NCBI GenBank assembly: GCA_025786725.1
Contig: JAHLTZ010000001.1
Span: forward strand, 806,001-870,000
DNA: 64,000 nt
Reading direction: 5' to 3'
Source of the DNA: Syncephalis fuscata S228
Lineage: Eukaryota; Fungi; Zoopagomycota
Shown here one piece after another: positions 36,507-47,746 of the stretch. Within the stretch, counting starts at the first letter, position 1. Every line of letters starts with the position of its first letter. The translations under genes and the position numbers were made by a program. The notes under the pieces are model-generated. The model did no database searches. It was not told the DNA's origin and saw nothing but the letters and a program-made list of their open reading frames with translations.

Positions 36507-39284
36507 ATTATTTCCAAACTTGTAGTGCAGTCGACCTTTCTGTCTGCAGCACGTATACTTTGTTTTCTTTCTTCTTATTTGCGTGTACGTACGGTGTAGT
36601 ATACGATACCAGTTCAATTGCTTCTCGGTTCCTGCTTCTTATTGCACGGCATATCTAGTCAAAAGGAGCTGGTTCTCTGTTCTTTATTTTCAATTTACCT
36701 TTTTGATATCCACTAGTAAGCATTGGACAGTAGTCTGTAAGTACTGGGCTATAGCGATAATGACCAATCCATCCGTGTACTCTATTGGATGTTGTACAAA
36801 TGTGACTTAGCACATTATATTATAATGCTAGTATAGCGCTATCCATATCCATATCCATATTATTGCTATTATGATGATGATGTAATGTAATGCGGCGGTG
36901 TTTAAAGATGACGTGGCAGGAGTGCGTAATTATTAATTCAAATCGAAGGAGTGTTGTTGAAAGGAGACAATTCTGTGTAAACAAAGAATACGGCAGTTGT
37001 TGCTGTGATGATATGGTTCCCCAGACAACATCGATTGATGACGCAACAGTAGTGCGATGTCGATAACGTTGCTAGTTACGTTGACATGGCGTGCTAGTCA
37101 ATGGAATCAATGTAATAGCGATAATGAGTGAATGAGAGCAGATTGATTGATTAATTGAACACTTGACCACAACTTTTGACATTTAGACATTTACTAATCG
37201 ATGTTATGCGTATTTTATAGACAAATCAGTATGACACGCCTTAGTAGTACACTTGCCTTTGTTGGCATCGCCTGCTTACTGGCTACTACGGCGATGGCTA
37301 GACCTGATGCTCCAACGTATAAGCAACCCATCACGACTTCAATGGGTACACCGGAAGTTTGTAGATTTCCATTCTTTTATGATAATAAGTGGTTTTATAC
37401 CTGCATTGCTACGGATATTGAGCCTGGTAATCCTGGTAAGCCATGGTGCGTGCTTAAGGACGAATATGTGCCAGCCAAGCCTGCAAACAACTGGCTTTAC
37501 TGCGACATGAGCAAGTTCCAATCTGCTGGTATTTTATCCGATGGCCACCGATACTCCTGTCTTCCGCAAACGCTACCTAATATAACATACACTGGCTGCA
37601 TTGGTGACACTGAAAAGGGGCCTTCTAGCTGCAAGACTGATAATGACGGTACTGTGGTTACTGGCTCTTGCCTTACTATAAGGTCTCAATTAGATCTCGG
37701 TGGTGACAATACTGCTAAAACCGGACTTGCCATCTCGGTCGGTGCCAACGACGCAAATTCCGATGATGATTCTACCAAAAAAGGCAGCAATAATGTTGTT
37801 ATTAGCTTGGCTGCAGTGCTCAGCGTCGCCGGCGTAGGCTTATTGGCTGGTCTATTCATTTATCGTCGCCGCCAATCGCGTCAAAATCTATCATGGCGCC
37901 AACAAAATAAAGATGAAGGTCAAATGGAATCGAGCGCAGCTGGCCCCGGATTTGCTGCCATGGCTGCCGTTGGTGCTACCGGCTATCGTGAATCAGCATC
38001 AAGCAGTAATATCTTTTCGCCAGTCAGTCCAGGCGAGCGTATGTACCCAGTTATCAGCACATATACACCTACATTAGGCGACGAGTTAGAGATCCAACCA
38101 GGTGATAAGGTCAGCATTCTTATTGAATATGACGATGGATGGTGCCAGGGTGTCAATCATACACGCGGTGGTCTTAAAGGTGTATTCCCACGTCACTGTG
38201 TTGATATGACTGCCGGTATGCCAGTAGATGATGCAGACAAGACGGTCAATTCAAGTACAGCCACCATCGCCGTATAAATCATCCATTTCGCTTTTAATTA
38301 TCGTACTTTTCTCTCTCTCTTGATTCTTTACGCTCACTCCACTTCCACTGCCAACACAATACACCACATTACACCTACGATATATATATATATACATACA
38401 TATATAATCACATTAACAATAGCCTCCACACCTACATCAGCCACCACCATATTAAACCTTGTTGACAGCCTACCAAATGGCACCGCAATAATGATGATGG
38501 CTACTATTATTATTACAGCTATTATTATTACTATTAACTGTCATCGGTTAACGTAATAATAGTAATGTTGCCGGTATGGCTAACAACAATAAACGATACA
38601 ATGACGCATACGATCCCGTTGCGCTGTTGACCAGCACACAGGACTGTATGCAATCAATGGCGTACGTGTGCGTATAGATGTACGTGTTGATGCTTTGTAT
38701 ATGTGTACGCAAATCTATATATTATATATCCATAGGTGTAATCGTGTTGTAGTGTTATACTTTTATTATTATTATAATCTTGATTTACACTTGTTACTGA
38801 TTAGTATTATATTGCTAACATTAACATTGCCATCACACCACCAACGCCACTACTACTACCACTACCACAACGATAACTAGCACAATCCATACTCCAATTT
38901 CTGTCACAGCCCATCTGTTCTTTTGGTTAAATGCTTGGTTTATTATTTATCCATAATTCCGTTTATTAATTGAGCCATTTGTGATATGCCCTAATTCACA
39001 AAGGTGCTACATGTTTACGCGTTCATTGTTGATTAAATAACGATGATTTACATATAATATTGAGTATATGGTAGATGAATAGCCATATTAAATACATGTG
39101 TTTATGTGTGTGTTTATGTTTGCGTGCGTGTTTATAATATGTATAATAATCATTGTAACAGCTTATACAATTAAATTAAGATGGATCCAATTTAAAAAAG
39201 CTTCTATGTGATGACAATGGCTATATAATAGTTAAATAATGGCAATAAAATGTTAAGTTAGAAATTAGTAATTTATATTGTAAT
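36507..39284 (+). repeat. Left arm of large inverted duplication
   Basis: 36507-37308 is the reverse complement of 42862-43663 (3 transitions seen). 38056-39284 is the reverse complement of 40860-42090 (scattered substitutions, 2-bp CT-repeat indel). 37309-38055 is diverged. Confidence 0.97.
37231..38277 (+). CDS. Type I membrane receptor-like protein A: signal peptide, FN2-like and Cys-rich ectodomain, TM, SH3
   Basis: ATG 37231 after a 5' UTR intron (36737-37220). CRFPFFY..WFYTC..KPWC..WLYC FN2 pattern; TM ending IYRRRQ; SH3 YTPTLGDELEIQPGDKVSILIEYDDGWCQG..GVFP. Confidence 0.88.
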   Translation: MTRLSSTLAFVGIACLLATTAMARPDAPTYKQPITTSMGTPEVCRFPFFYDNKWFYTCIATDIEPGNPGKPWCVLKDEYVPAKPANNWLYCDMSKFQSAGILSDGHRYSCLPQTLPNITYTGCIGDTEKGPSSCKTDNDGTVVTGSCLTIRSQLDLGGDNTAKTGLAISVGANDANSDDDSTKKGSNNVVISLAAVLSVAGVGLLAGLFIYRRRQSRQNLSWRQQNKDEGQMESSAAGPGFAAMAAVGATGYRESASSSNIFSPVSPGERMYPVISTYTPTLGDELEIQPGDKVSILIEYDDGWCQGVNHTRGGLKGVFPRHCVDMTAGMPVDDADKTVNSSTATIAV

Positions 39285-40779
39285 GTACTTGCTTGCTGTT
39301 TGGACTTTACAAGTAAACAGTATCTAACAGATTTAGATTGCGATTCACCATCCCGCGCAATATAGATACGCGCATGAGGTGTATAAGACCAAGTAGCACC
39401 CAGAGCTGGTTTAGACAAGGCATTTGACTGAGGTGGCTGGATAGCTAAAAGAGCTGTAGAATCTAAAGCGATTCCGTCGTCATCTTCAATAGGTTGACGC
39501 ACCGCACTATTTAATATCTATAGATGCATGATTAAATTTAAATTGCTAATAAAACCATTCAACTTACCAAGACTATACTGGAATGTTTGTGAGCTATATC
39601 GGAAAGGACATAAGCCAGTTCTGACATAAGAACATGTCCTAAACACAGTTATAGCATATAAAAGTGACTATTACAGTTATATACCTTGACGTGCTTGGTT
39701 GGATAGTAAAGGTGCCAATACAGCCGATACCGAATCAAGAACAATCAGCAATGGAGACTTTTACGGGAATAGTAGTAAGTAATTAACTCATCAAGTATTA
39801 AGGTTGTTATTCAATATTTATAATTGCTATACTTACTTGAGAGTTACTAAAGCCGCCCAACTGTTCAAGAGCATTAAATACATCATAAATAGTATTGCAG
39901 GAAAATACGCGAACATATTTTAACACCGACATACAATCTATATGATTCCAGTTTTAGTAAATTATATATCAATTTAACATTTAGATACCTTCACGGTTAG
40001 ACCATTGATTACAAAGAAGTGTATATAGCTTATGGGCGGAAAATGAGCCACACGTGTCTATATAGGCAATGAATGGAGTGGTACCATTAGCACTTTGATC
40101 CTGGTTATTATCATTATCATTGTTATCAGTTTGATTAAGCATTAATGAATGTAATAACATAAGACATTGCACAACTGTACTAAAGGCAATCTAGACTCAT
40201 AATCAGTTAATGTCACCTGTTACAGTTATACTATTTAAATATTTACTTGGGTTTTTCCCGCTCCTGCTGGCCCAAATAATTCGGTAATTTGACCTGGCAG
40301 TAGACCTCCATTCAATAATCGATCTATACTAATAGTAGTGATCCTTAAGTATGCTATTAAGCGGTTGCAGATTTAAACTATATATTTACCTAGTGTAGCC
40401 AGTGGATAATCGAGTGCCTGACGGTAGTATTCCAGCTGGAAAAAATGATGTAGCTGATGTAATAAGCGAGCTAGCAGTATCGAGAGAAATATTAAAACTG
40501 TTTATTACTCGACTATACAACTGTTCAACTAGCTGTGCCTTTTCATTATTAAACCAATTCAACCAGATTTAAACTTACCGAATGTGATAGATTTGTTTTT
40601 TGACAAAGCGTTTGTTTGTCAGTAGTAAGTACGTCTTGAGCTGAAAGTAATCGTATATAGTTAAAGCAATGACTACTATTGACGTACTATATGTTATTAT
40701 TACCCGTGTAAATACTGGCATTAGACAATATGTCTAGTACTTCTGCTGGTATTCCGTCAATGTTTGAAAGGCGCGTCAT
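39176..40779 (-). CDS. RAD51 paralog, RAD51D-like
   Basis: Ten exons join in frame. LSTGYTSIDRLLNGGLLPGQITELFGPAGAGKTQ (Walker A), AYIDTCGSF, LIVLDSVSAVLAPLL (Walker B), KPALGATWSYTP. Last intron is GC-AG (39292-39221) and the last exon is PLSSHRSFFKLDPS*. Confidence 0.88.
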
Positions 40780-40859
40780 GAAGTTGTTATGGTATACAGA
40801 TGTATTGACGAAAATAAACAAGCTGGCTGGAATAGTAACCAGACTGTTAAAAACGTTTA

Positions 40860-43663
40860 ATTACAATATAAATTACTAATTTCTAACTTAATATTTTATT
40901 ACCATTATTTAACTATTATATAGCCATTGTCATCACATAGAAGCTTTTTTAAATTGGATCCATCTTAATTTAATTGTATAAGCTGTTACAATGATTATTA
41001 TACATATTATAAACACGCACGCAAACATAAACACACACATAAACACATGTATTTAATATGGCTATTCATCTACCATATACTCAATATTATATGTAAATCA
41101 TCGTTATTTAATCAACAATGAACGCGTAAACATGTAGCACCTTTGTGAATTAGGGCATATCACAAATGGCTCAATTAATAAACGGAATTATGGATAAATA
41201 ATAAACCAAGCATTTAACCAAAAGAACAGATGGGCTGTGACAGAAATTGGAGTATGGATTGTGCTAGTTATCGTTGTGGTAGTGGTAGTAGTAGTGGCGT
41301 TGGTGGTGTGATGGCAATGTTAATGTTAGCAATATAATACTAATCAGTAACAAGTGTAAATCAAGATTATAATAATAATAAAAGTATAACACTACAACAC
41401 GATTACACCTATGGATATATAATATATAGATTTGCGTACACATATACAAAGCATCAACACGTACATCTATACGCACACGTACGCCATTGATTGCATACAG
41501 TCCTGTGTGCTGGTCAACAGCGCAACGGGATCGTATGCGTCATTGTATCGTTTATTGTTGTTAGCCATACCGGCAACATTACTATTATTACGTTAACCGA
41601 TGACAGTTAATAGTAATAATAATAGCTGTAATAATAATAGTAGCCATCATCATTATTGCGGTGCCATTTGGTAGGCTGTCAACAAGGTTTAATATGGTGG
41701 TGGCTGATGTAGGTGTGGAGGCTATTGTTAATGTGATTATATATGTATGTATATATATATATATCGTAGGTGTAATGTGGTGTATTGTGTTGGCAGTGGA
41801 AGTGGAGTGAGCGTAAAGAATCAAGAGAGAGAGAGAAAAGTACGATAATTAAAAGCGAAATGGACGATTTATACGGCGATGGTGGCTGTACTTGAATCGA
41901 CCGTCTTGTCTGTATCATATATTGGTACACCAGCAGTCATATCAACACAATGACGTGGGAATACACCTTTAAGACCACCGCGTGTATGATTGACACCCTG
42001 GCACCACCCATCGTCATATTCAATAAGAATGCCGACCTTATCACCTGGTTGGATCTCTAACTCGTCGCCTAATGTAGGTGTATATGTGCTAACTACAGGA
42101 TATAGGCATTCTGTAGGACTAAGTGGTGAAAGTATTTGACTGTTTTCTTCAGAACCGTAATAACTTGATGTATCGTTATTGATTCTAGAGGTACTTGCAG
42201 CAGTCATAGGAACAGTAAGTTCAGTACCAATAGTACTTGGATCAATTCGTTGCATACTCCTGTCTTCGTACTGCATCGACATACTTTGTCGTGATTGCCG
42301 ACGACGATATACAAATAAACCAGCAAGTAGAGCAATGGCACCTACAAAAAATGTAATACCTAGAACGCCACCAAGACCAATGCTGCTTTTATTGGGTGAG
42401 TCGGTGTTTTCGGTTACAAGAGCCGCTTTGGAAACAGAATCGACGCTTTCCAAGTTTTGTTTTACACTTAAACATGCTCGGTAATCTTGTTTACCACCAA
42501 CGTCAACGAGACATTGAAATATGCCGTTTTTAGTATCAGCACTACATCCCATATATGTCTCATTTTTGACTTTTTGAGGAAGACAGTCTTTACGTACGCC
42601 ATCAACTATAGCACCAGGCGCATGGAATGTTTTCATATCACAGTAGGCCCATTCGGGAGATTTGGCGTTCTGAGAGACATATCCTTTTTTAAGCATGCAC
42701 CATGGTTTGTCGTCCGTGCTACCAAGAGAAATACAAGTTGACCAATACTTTTTACGACTGAAAAATGGTAGCTCGCACGATGTTGGCGTGCCCATAGCAA
42801 CCGTGATGTTTTTACTATCCTGTGGATTGTTTGTAGTATCCTGTGGGTTATCTTGTGAGTTATCAGGTCTAGCCATCGCCGTAGTAGCCAGTAAGCAGGC
42901 GATGCCAACAAAGGCAAGTGTACTACTAAGGCGTGTCATACTGATTTGTCTATAAAATACGCATAACATCGATTAGTAAATGTCTAAATGTCAAAAGTTG
43001 TGGTCAAGTGTTCAATTAATCAATCAATCTGCTCTCATTCACTCATTATCGCTATTACATTGATTCCATTGACTAGCACGCCATGTCAACGTAACTAGCA
43101 ACGTTATCGACATCGCACTACTGTTGCGTCATCAATCGATGTTGTCTGGGGAACCATATCATCACAGCAACAACTGCCGTATTCTTTGTTTACACAGAAT
43201 TGTCTCCTTTCAACAACACTCCTTCGATTTGAATTAATAATTACGCACTCCTGCCACGTCATCTTTAAACACCGCCACATTACATTACATCATCATCATA
43301 ATAGCAATAATATGGATATGGATATGGATAGCGCTATACTAGCATTATAATATAATGTGCTAAGCCACATTTGTACAACATCCAATAGAGTACACGGATG
43401 GATTGGTCATTATCGCTATAGCCCAGTACTTACAGACTACTGTCCAATGCTTACTAGTGGATATCAAAAAGGTAAATTGAAAATAAAGAACAGAGAACCA
43501 GCTCCTTTTGACTAGATATGCCGTGCAATAAGAAGCAGGAATCGAGAAGCAATTGAACTGGTATCGTATACTACACCGTACGTACACGCAAATAAGAAGA
43601 AAGAAAACAAAGTATACGTGCTGCAGACAGAAAGGTCGACTGCACTACAAGTTTGGAAATAAT
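40860..43663 (-). repeat. Right arm of large inverted duplication
   Basis: Reverse-complement match to 36507-39284 except the internal variable segment 42091-42861. Confidence 0.97.
41869..42939 (-). CDS. Type I membrane receptor-like protein B: signal peptide, FN2-like and Cys-rich ectodomain, TM, SH3
   Basis: Signal peptide identical and SH3 near-identical to copy A. Ectodomain CELPFF..YWSTC..KPWC..WAYC with all 8 Cys conserved but otherwise diverged. Confidence 0.88.
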   Translation of the reverse strand: MTRLSSTLAFVGIACLLATTAMARPDNSQDNPQDTTNNPQDSKNITVAMGTPTSCELPFFSRKKYWSTCISLGSTDDKPWCMLKKGYVSQNAKSPEWAYCDMKTFHAPGAIVDGVRKDCLPQKVKNETYMGCSADTKNGIFQCLVDVGGKQDYRACLSVKQNLESVDSVSKAALVTENTDSPNKSSIGLGGVLGITFFVGAIALLAGLFVYRRRQSRQSMSMQYEDRSMQRIDPSTIGTELTVPMTAASTSRINNDTSSYYGSEENSQILSPLSPTECLYPVVSTYTPTLGDELEIQPGDKVGILIEYDDGWCQGVNHTRGGLKGVFPRHCVDMTAGVPIYDTDKTVDSSTATIAV

Positions 43664-44494
43664 ATACTGCAGTAAAGCTTTGCGTTGCGTTCAAATGAAT
43701 AAAAGTAAACGCTATTGAATAAAAGAAAGTCAATAGCAATTGCTAATAGGTGCAATAACTATAGACTATGAAGATATGAAGTTAAATGCAAGTCGGAATG
43801 GCCAACAACAAAGGAAAGAAGACCAAAGGCTTCAAAGACTAAGACTAGCGACAGCTATTCAGATAGACAATTAAGTAAAGTGTGAGTGAGTGTGAAAGAG
43901 TGAGTTAGGAAAGAGAAGCGAGTAGAAGCGTGCAGGATAGCAAAGGATAGCGTGTTAAAACCTGATGCGCATGCCACTTACCATGCAATCCACATGAATT
44001 CACAATAATAATTAAGAACAGGTTAAGAGAAAAAGGCACAAGGTTAAACAACAATGCCTGCTTTCTGTGAAAGGCGCGACAAGGCAAAACTGTCCTACAC
44101 ATGTGCATCTAGAATACATGCAATTTACTTTTATACTATTCATAGTTGCACATCTTACAGTGCCGAGCAGCAATTAAGGGAGTCGAGTATCATCAATGCA
44201 GCCACTATTCCTACCACCACCAACACTATTATTTTATTATTGCTGCTGCTAGTGCTGTAACATCTATGGTGTTACAAATAGCAATGAACAAGTTTATTTC
44301 AATCTAATTCTGCATAATTTCATGGTACTAAGAGTATTGGCACATATGGACTGGCAGAACGCATGTACTATGTCGTGCTAGTTTGTGCCATGTATCAATA
44401 ACCGGTAATGTAAAGTAATGTGTGGTATTAGATAGACAATGAATGAAAACAAATATAAACTCTTTTCTATTACATATGCGACTAGAAACCAATA

Positions 44495-45897
44495 TTAAGA
44501 AGAAGTAAATCGTTGGAATTCATCACACATCGGCAAAGGAGCCCGTTCTGCACGACGAACAGCCTCCTCGTCATAGCCAATGCCGAACCAGCCTTTGGCC
44601 CGTTGAATCTCCTGTTGCCGTCCATGGCGTTCCTGGCGACAACGTCGTTCCAAATGATAGGCGTAGTCGTTCTCGATTGTTTGCTCATAGCGGGCCAATC
44701 GCTGCTTATTGCCACCCACATACGAGTTAAGATCGCGGGCATTCACATAGTATGGCACGTGACGGGGTGTCGTATGTTGCTGTGAATGATGATTGTAAGT
44801 GCGACTGAATGAATAGGTCGGCTCAGAAGGCCCAGAGAAGATGTTACTTGAAAAGGTAATAAATAAAAGGAGTAGCAGTGGTAGTAATTGAACTAAATAA
44901 CCAAAACCTGTCGTATTCTCTTCTCGAGCTGCTCTACGCTGTTGTTGTTGTTGTTGTTGAGCTGCTCGACCACCACTATTAAATCGTTGAAATCTTACAC
45001 CATTGCCCATAAATGATGCTGATGAAAAGCCTGTATTTATATTAATTAATTAATAAATTACATATACATATTATAATCGATATCAATAATCTATTTACCT
45101 TCATTAAATCCACCATTGAAAAACATATTAAATAATTGTTCAGGCGTAATTTCTGATTCAAAATTAAATGCAGCACCGCCACCACCATGATGAAATCCAG
45201 GACTGCTACCACCACCTCGAGATTCTGGATCAGCACCATATCGATCATAATGCTCTCGTTTATCTTGATCACTTAATATTGTAAATGCTTTACTAACCAC
45301 TAAATAAATAAATAAATATCTATTTAATTAATAATTGATATTAATCAACAACTTACACTTGAATGCTTCATCTGCACCAGGTGCATTATTTTTATCTGGA
45401 TGCAATTGAAGCGCCAACTACACTGATGTTAATTTCAAGCTATTTATTTCTGCTAGACTAATTACCTTGCGATATGCTTTTTTAACATGTACTTCAGTGG
45501 CAACCTTTTCAAGTTCTAAAATACCATAGAAATCACTTTTTGAACATGATAACACACGCTTTACCGCTATTGTATTCTCTTCCGTATAACTGGCAGACGT
45601 TTTTGATGAAGAGGGCCCACTGTCAGTTGATGCAGTGCGTGCACCACTACCACTGCCGGTACTTGTTGCAGTACGTTGTCGCAATTCAGGCTGTGCATTT
45701 GTACTGCGAGCTGATGAATCGGCCGTACTAGCTGTTTCGGCCAGTACAAGCTTTTCTATCAGCGATTCAGCCTCACTCGTTGGGTAGAGATTATTTGATT
45801 TACGTGCAAATCTCAATGCCCCTGCTACATCACCTTCATCGCGTTTCCGCCGCGCTATACCAATGCAACGAGACGCTTCGTCTTTATTCATCTCCAT
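44495..45897 (-). CDS. ER-membrane J-domain protein (DNAJB12/14, Hlj1-like) with DUF1977
   Basis: MEMNKDEASRCI, DFYGILEL, KKAYRK/LALQLHPDKNNAPGADEAFK, ITPEQLFNMFF, TM segment, YSFSRT..PYYVN..IENDY. Confidence 0.93.
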
Positions 45898-46177
45898 TGT
45901 GAATCGTGTGTTCGTTTAATAAACGATCAAGAAAGTCAAAAGCAATGAGTACCAAGAAAATGCTTAAATAGTCGTCAAATTAGAATAGGTAGATAGTAGA
46001 TAGATCCAGAGTCGTTATAGTTTGCCAACACCAACTCGGAATAATAGGCGGTAAAGAGACGAAAATAACCGTACACAACAGTTTGAAACGGTGTCTGGTC
46101 GGCCTAGAAACACCACAACAGACAAATAAAAGGCAGTGGCGGATAAAGGCGTGGATAGTCGCTAAAAGAAGCCTGTA

Positions 46178-46325
46178 GAATACAATTCTGTGTGTGTGTA
46201 TTATTTACTGGCCTTGGTCATCCTCCTATTCACACCACACATTATAGAGAGAGAGAGAGTATTATGAGTGAGTGAGTGGATAACCAAGGCCAGTAAATAA
46301 AACACACACACACATAATTGTATTC
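46178..46325. repeat. ~148-nt hairpin with microsatellite-containing arms
   Basis: gaatacaattct(gt)n attatttactggccttggtcatcc (46178-46223) pairs with ggataaccaaggccagtaaataaa(ac)n ataattgtattc (46278-46325). Confidence 0.88.
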
Positions 46326-47746
46326 AATTATTCTACACCATTCTCTCCCCTAGACAATAATCATTTATACGGTCAAACAAACCATAACACCATCCAGCCT
46401 TTGTTAACAGTATAAACTTTTTCATATTAATAAACTGGTCTTTAAATCATTAGATGCCATCAGCTGAGCTGGCCACCTGATTTACACTTTTAGCGTTGCA
46501 TCTAACACAGCACAGCGCTTAGCAATACACATCACGAGCAGCAACCATATCGTGCAGATAATCACCACTAACGCTTTTTTATTCTACAGTTTGTTCGGCA
46601 AAATGGTTATTGGTACTGATTTGTATTGGCTGAAAGTACGAGAATAGGCCCTAAATGCTTGTTTTGAATGGAGTTTATGCTAGCATGCGCAGTTACAGGC
46701 ACATGACTCGTTAAACTGGGCTTGAACAATGCCCAGGATTTCAGTAGTTCATTGTTCTCTCTCCCTCCCCTCCTATACATCCATATCGTCATTTCTATGG
46801 TATGCTATAGTATTTATTGCTGCTGTAATCATCATGTCGCATTGTTTGATGGAGTGGGGGGTCTATTGTTACAGAGTGAAAGAGCAGGACTGCTGTCGCC
46901 ATTTCGAATTATAAATAAACTGCATGCTGGTTGGTGTTGTGTATGACTCGGCCATAGATAGACATACACCGACATACACACACCGGTATGCAATGGTCGG
47001 CGGAGATTGGAGGTAAATACGAGTGCCCCAAATTTAGTAGTGTCTATGTGTGATATCCAAGGCCCAATGTACACGCGTTGTTGTAATAGTCGATAGGGAC
47101 AAACATGTGAGCTTGAACAACGGTCCAGTCACTGGCGTACAGCGAGTTGGCACAACTATTGTCATTTCTTTTCTTTACAAAATTTCGAGATTTTTGTATT
47201 TGAGCAGATATTTGGTGTATTTGTCTGATAAGTATTAGACAATTATTTGCGTTGAGGCAACAAGTAAGTAATGGTTATAGTGTTTTATAGTGCTGTATAG
47301 TTATTAGTAAAAGTCGGAGTAAAAGTAAAGAATACTTGGCAAATGTTTATAAAGTATTTCTAAAGTTGTAATTCTATTTGAACAGCAAATATAGTGCAAT
47401 CTCTAGAGTTTAGCTTTATATAAATAGTAAAAGATAATAATACATTTATTATATGACTAATAATATTAACATAACTAATATGGCTGCCATTGCTATTGCT
47501 ATAATTACTATTGAGATATGAGCGTCTACTAACACATCGCAAATAACTTGTAGAGTCTGCCAAGCATAAAAGTGTAACAAGGTAAGCAGCAAAGGTGGTG
47601 AATGTAAAAATAACTAATCCAACATATGTCTGATTTACTATTACAGTCGATCTACTATTTAATTAATGATAAAGCGTCGCTTGTACGCCAGTTATTTACC
47701 ACTCGACGTTTAATCTTATAACGGTACCATTTCTATCTCTACTGCC

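Noticed and set aside
38320-38880. Duplicated short ORFs (78 aa and 70 aa; mirrored at 41264-41824; also 36583-36810 / 43360-43587)
   Set aside because: Low-complexity UTR/intron sequence that appears twice only because of the inverted duplication; no coding signal.
42679-42687. ATATCCTTT, an AT-AC donor-like sequence
   Set aside because: Antisense to the receptor B coding sequence; chance match.
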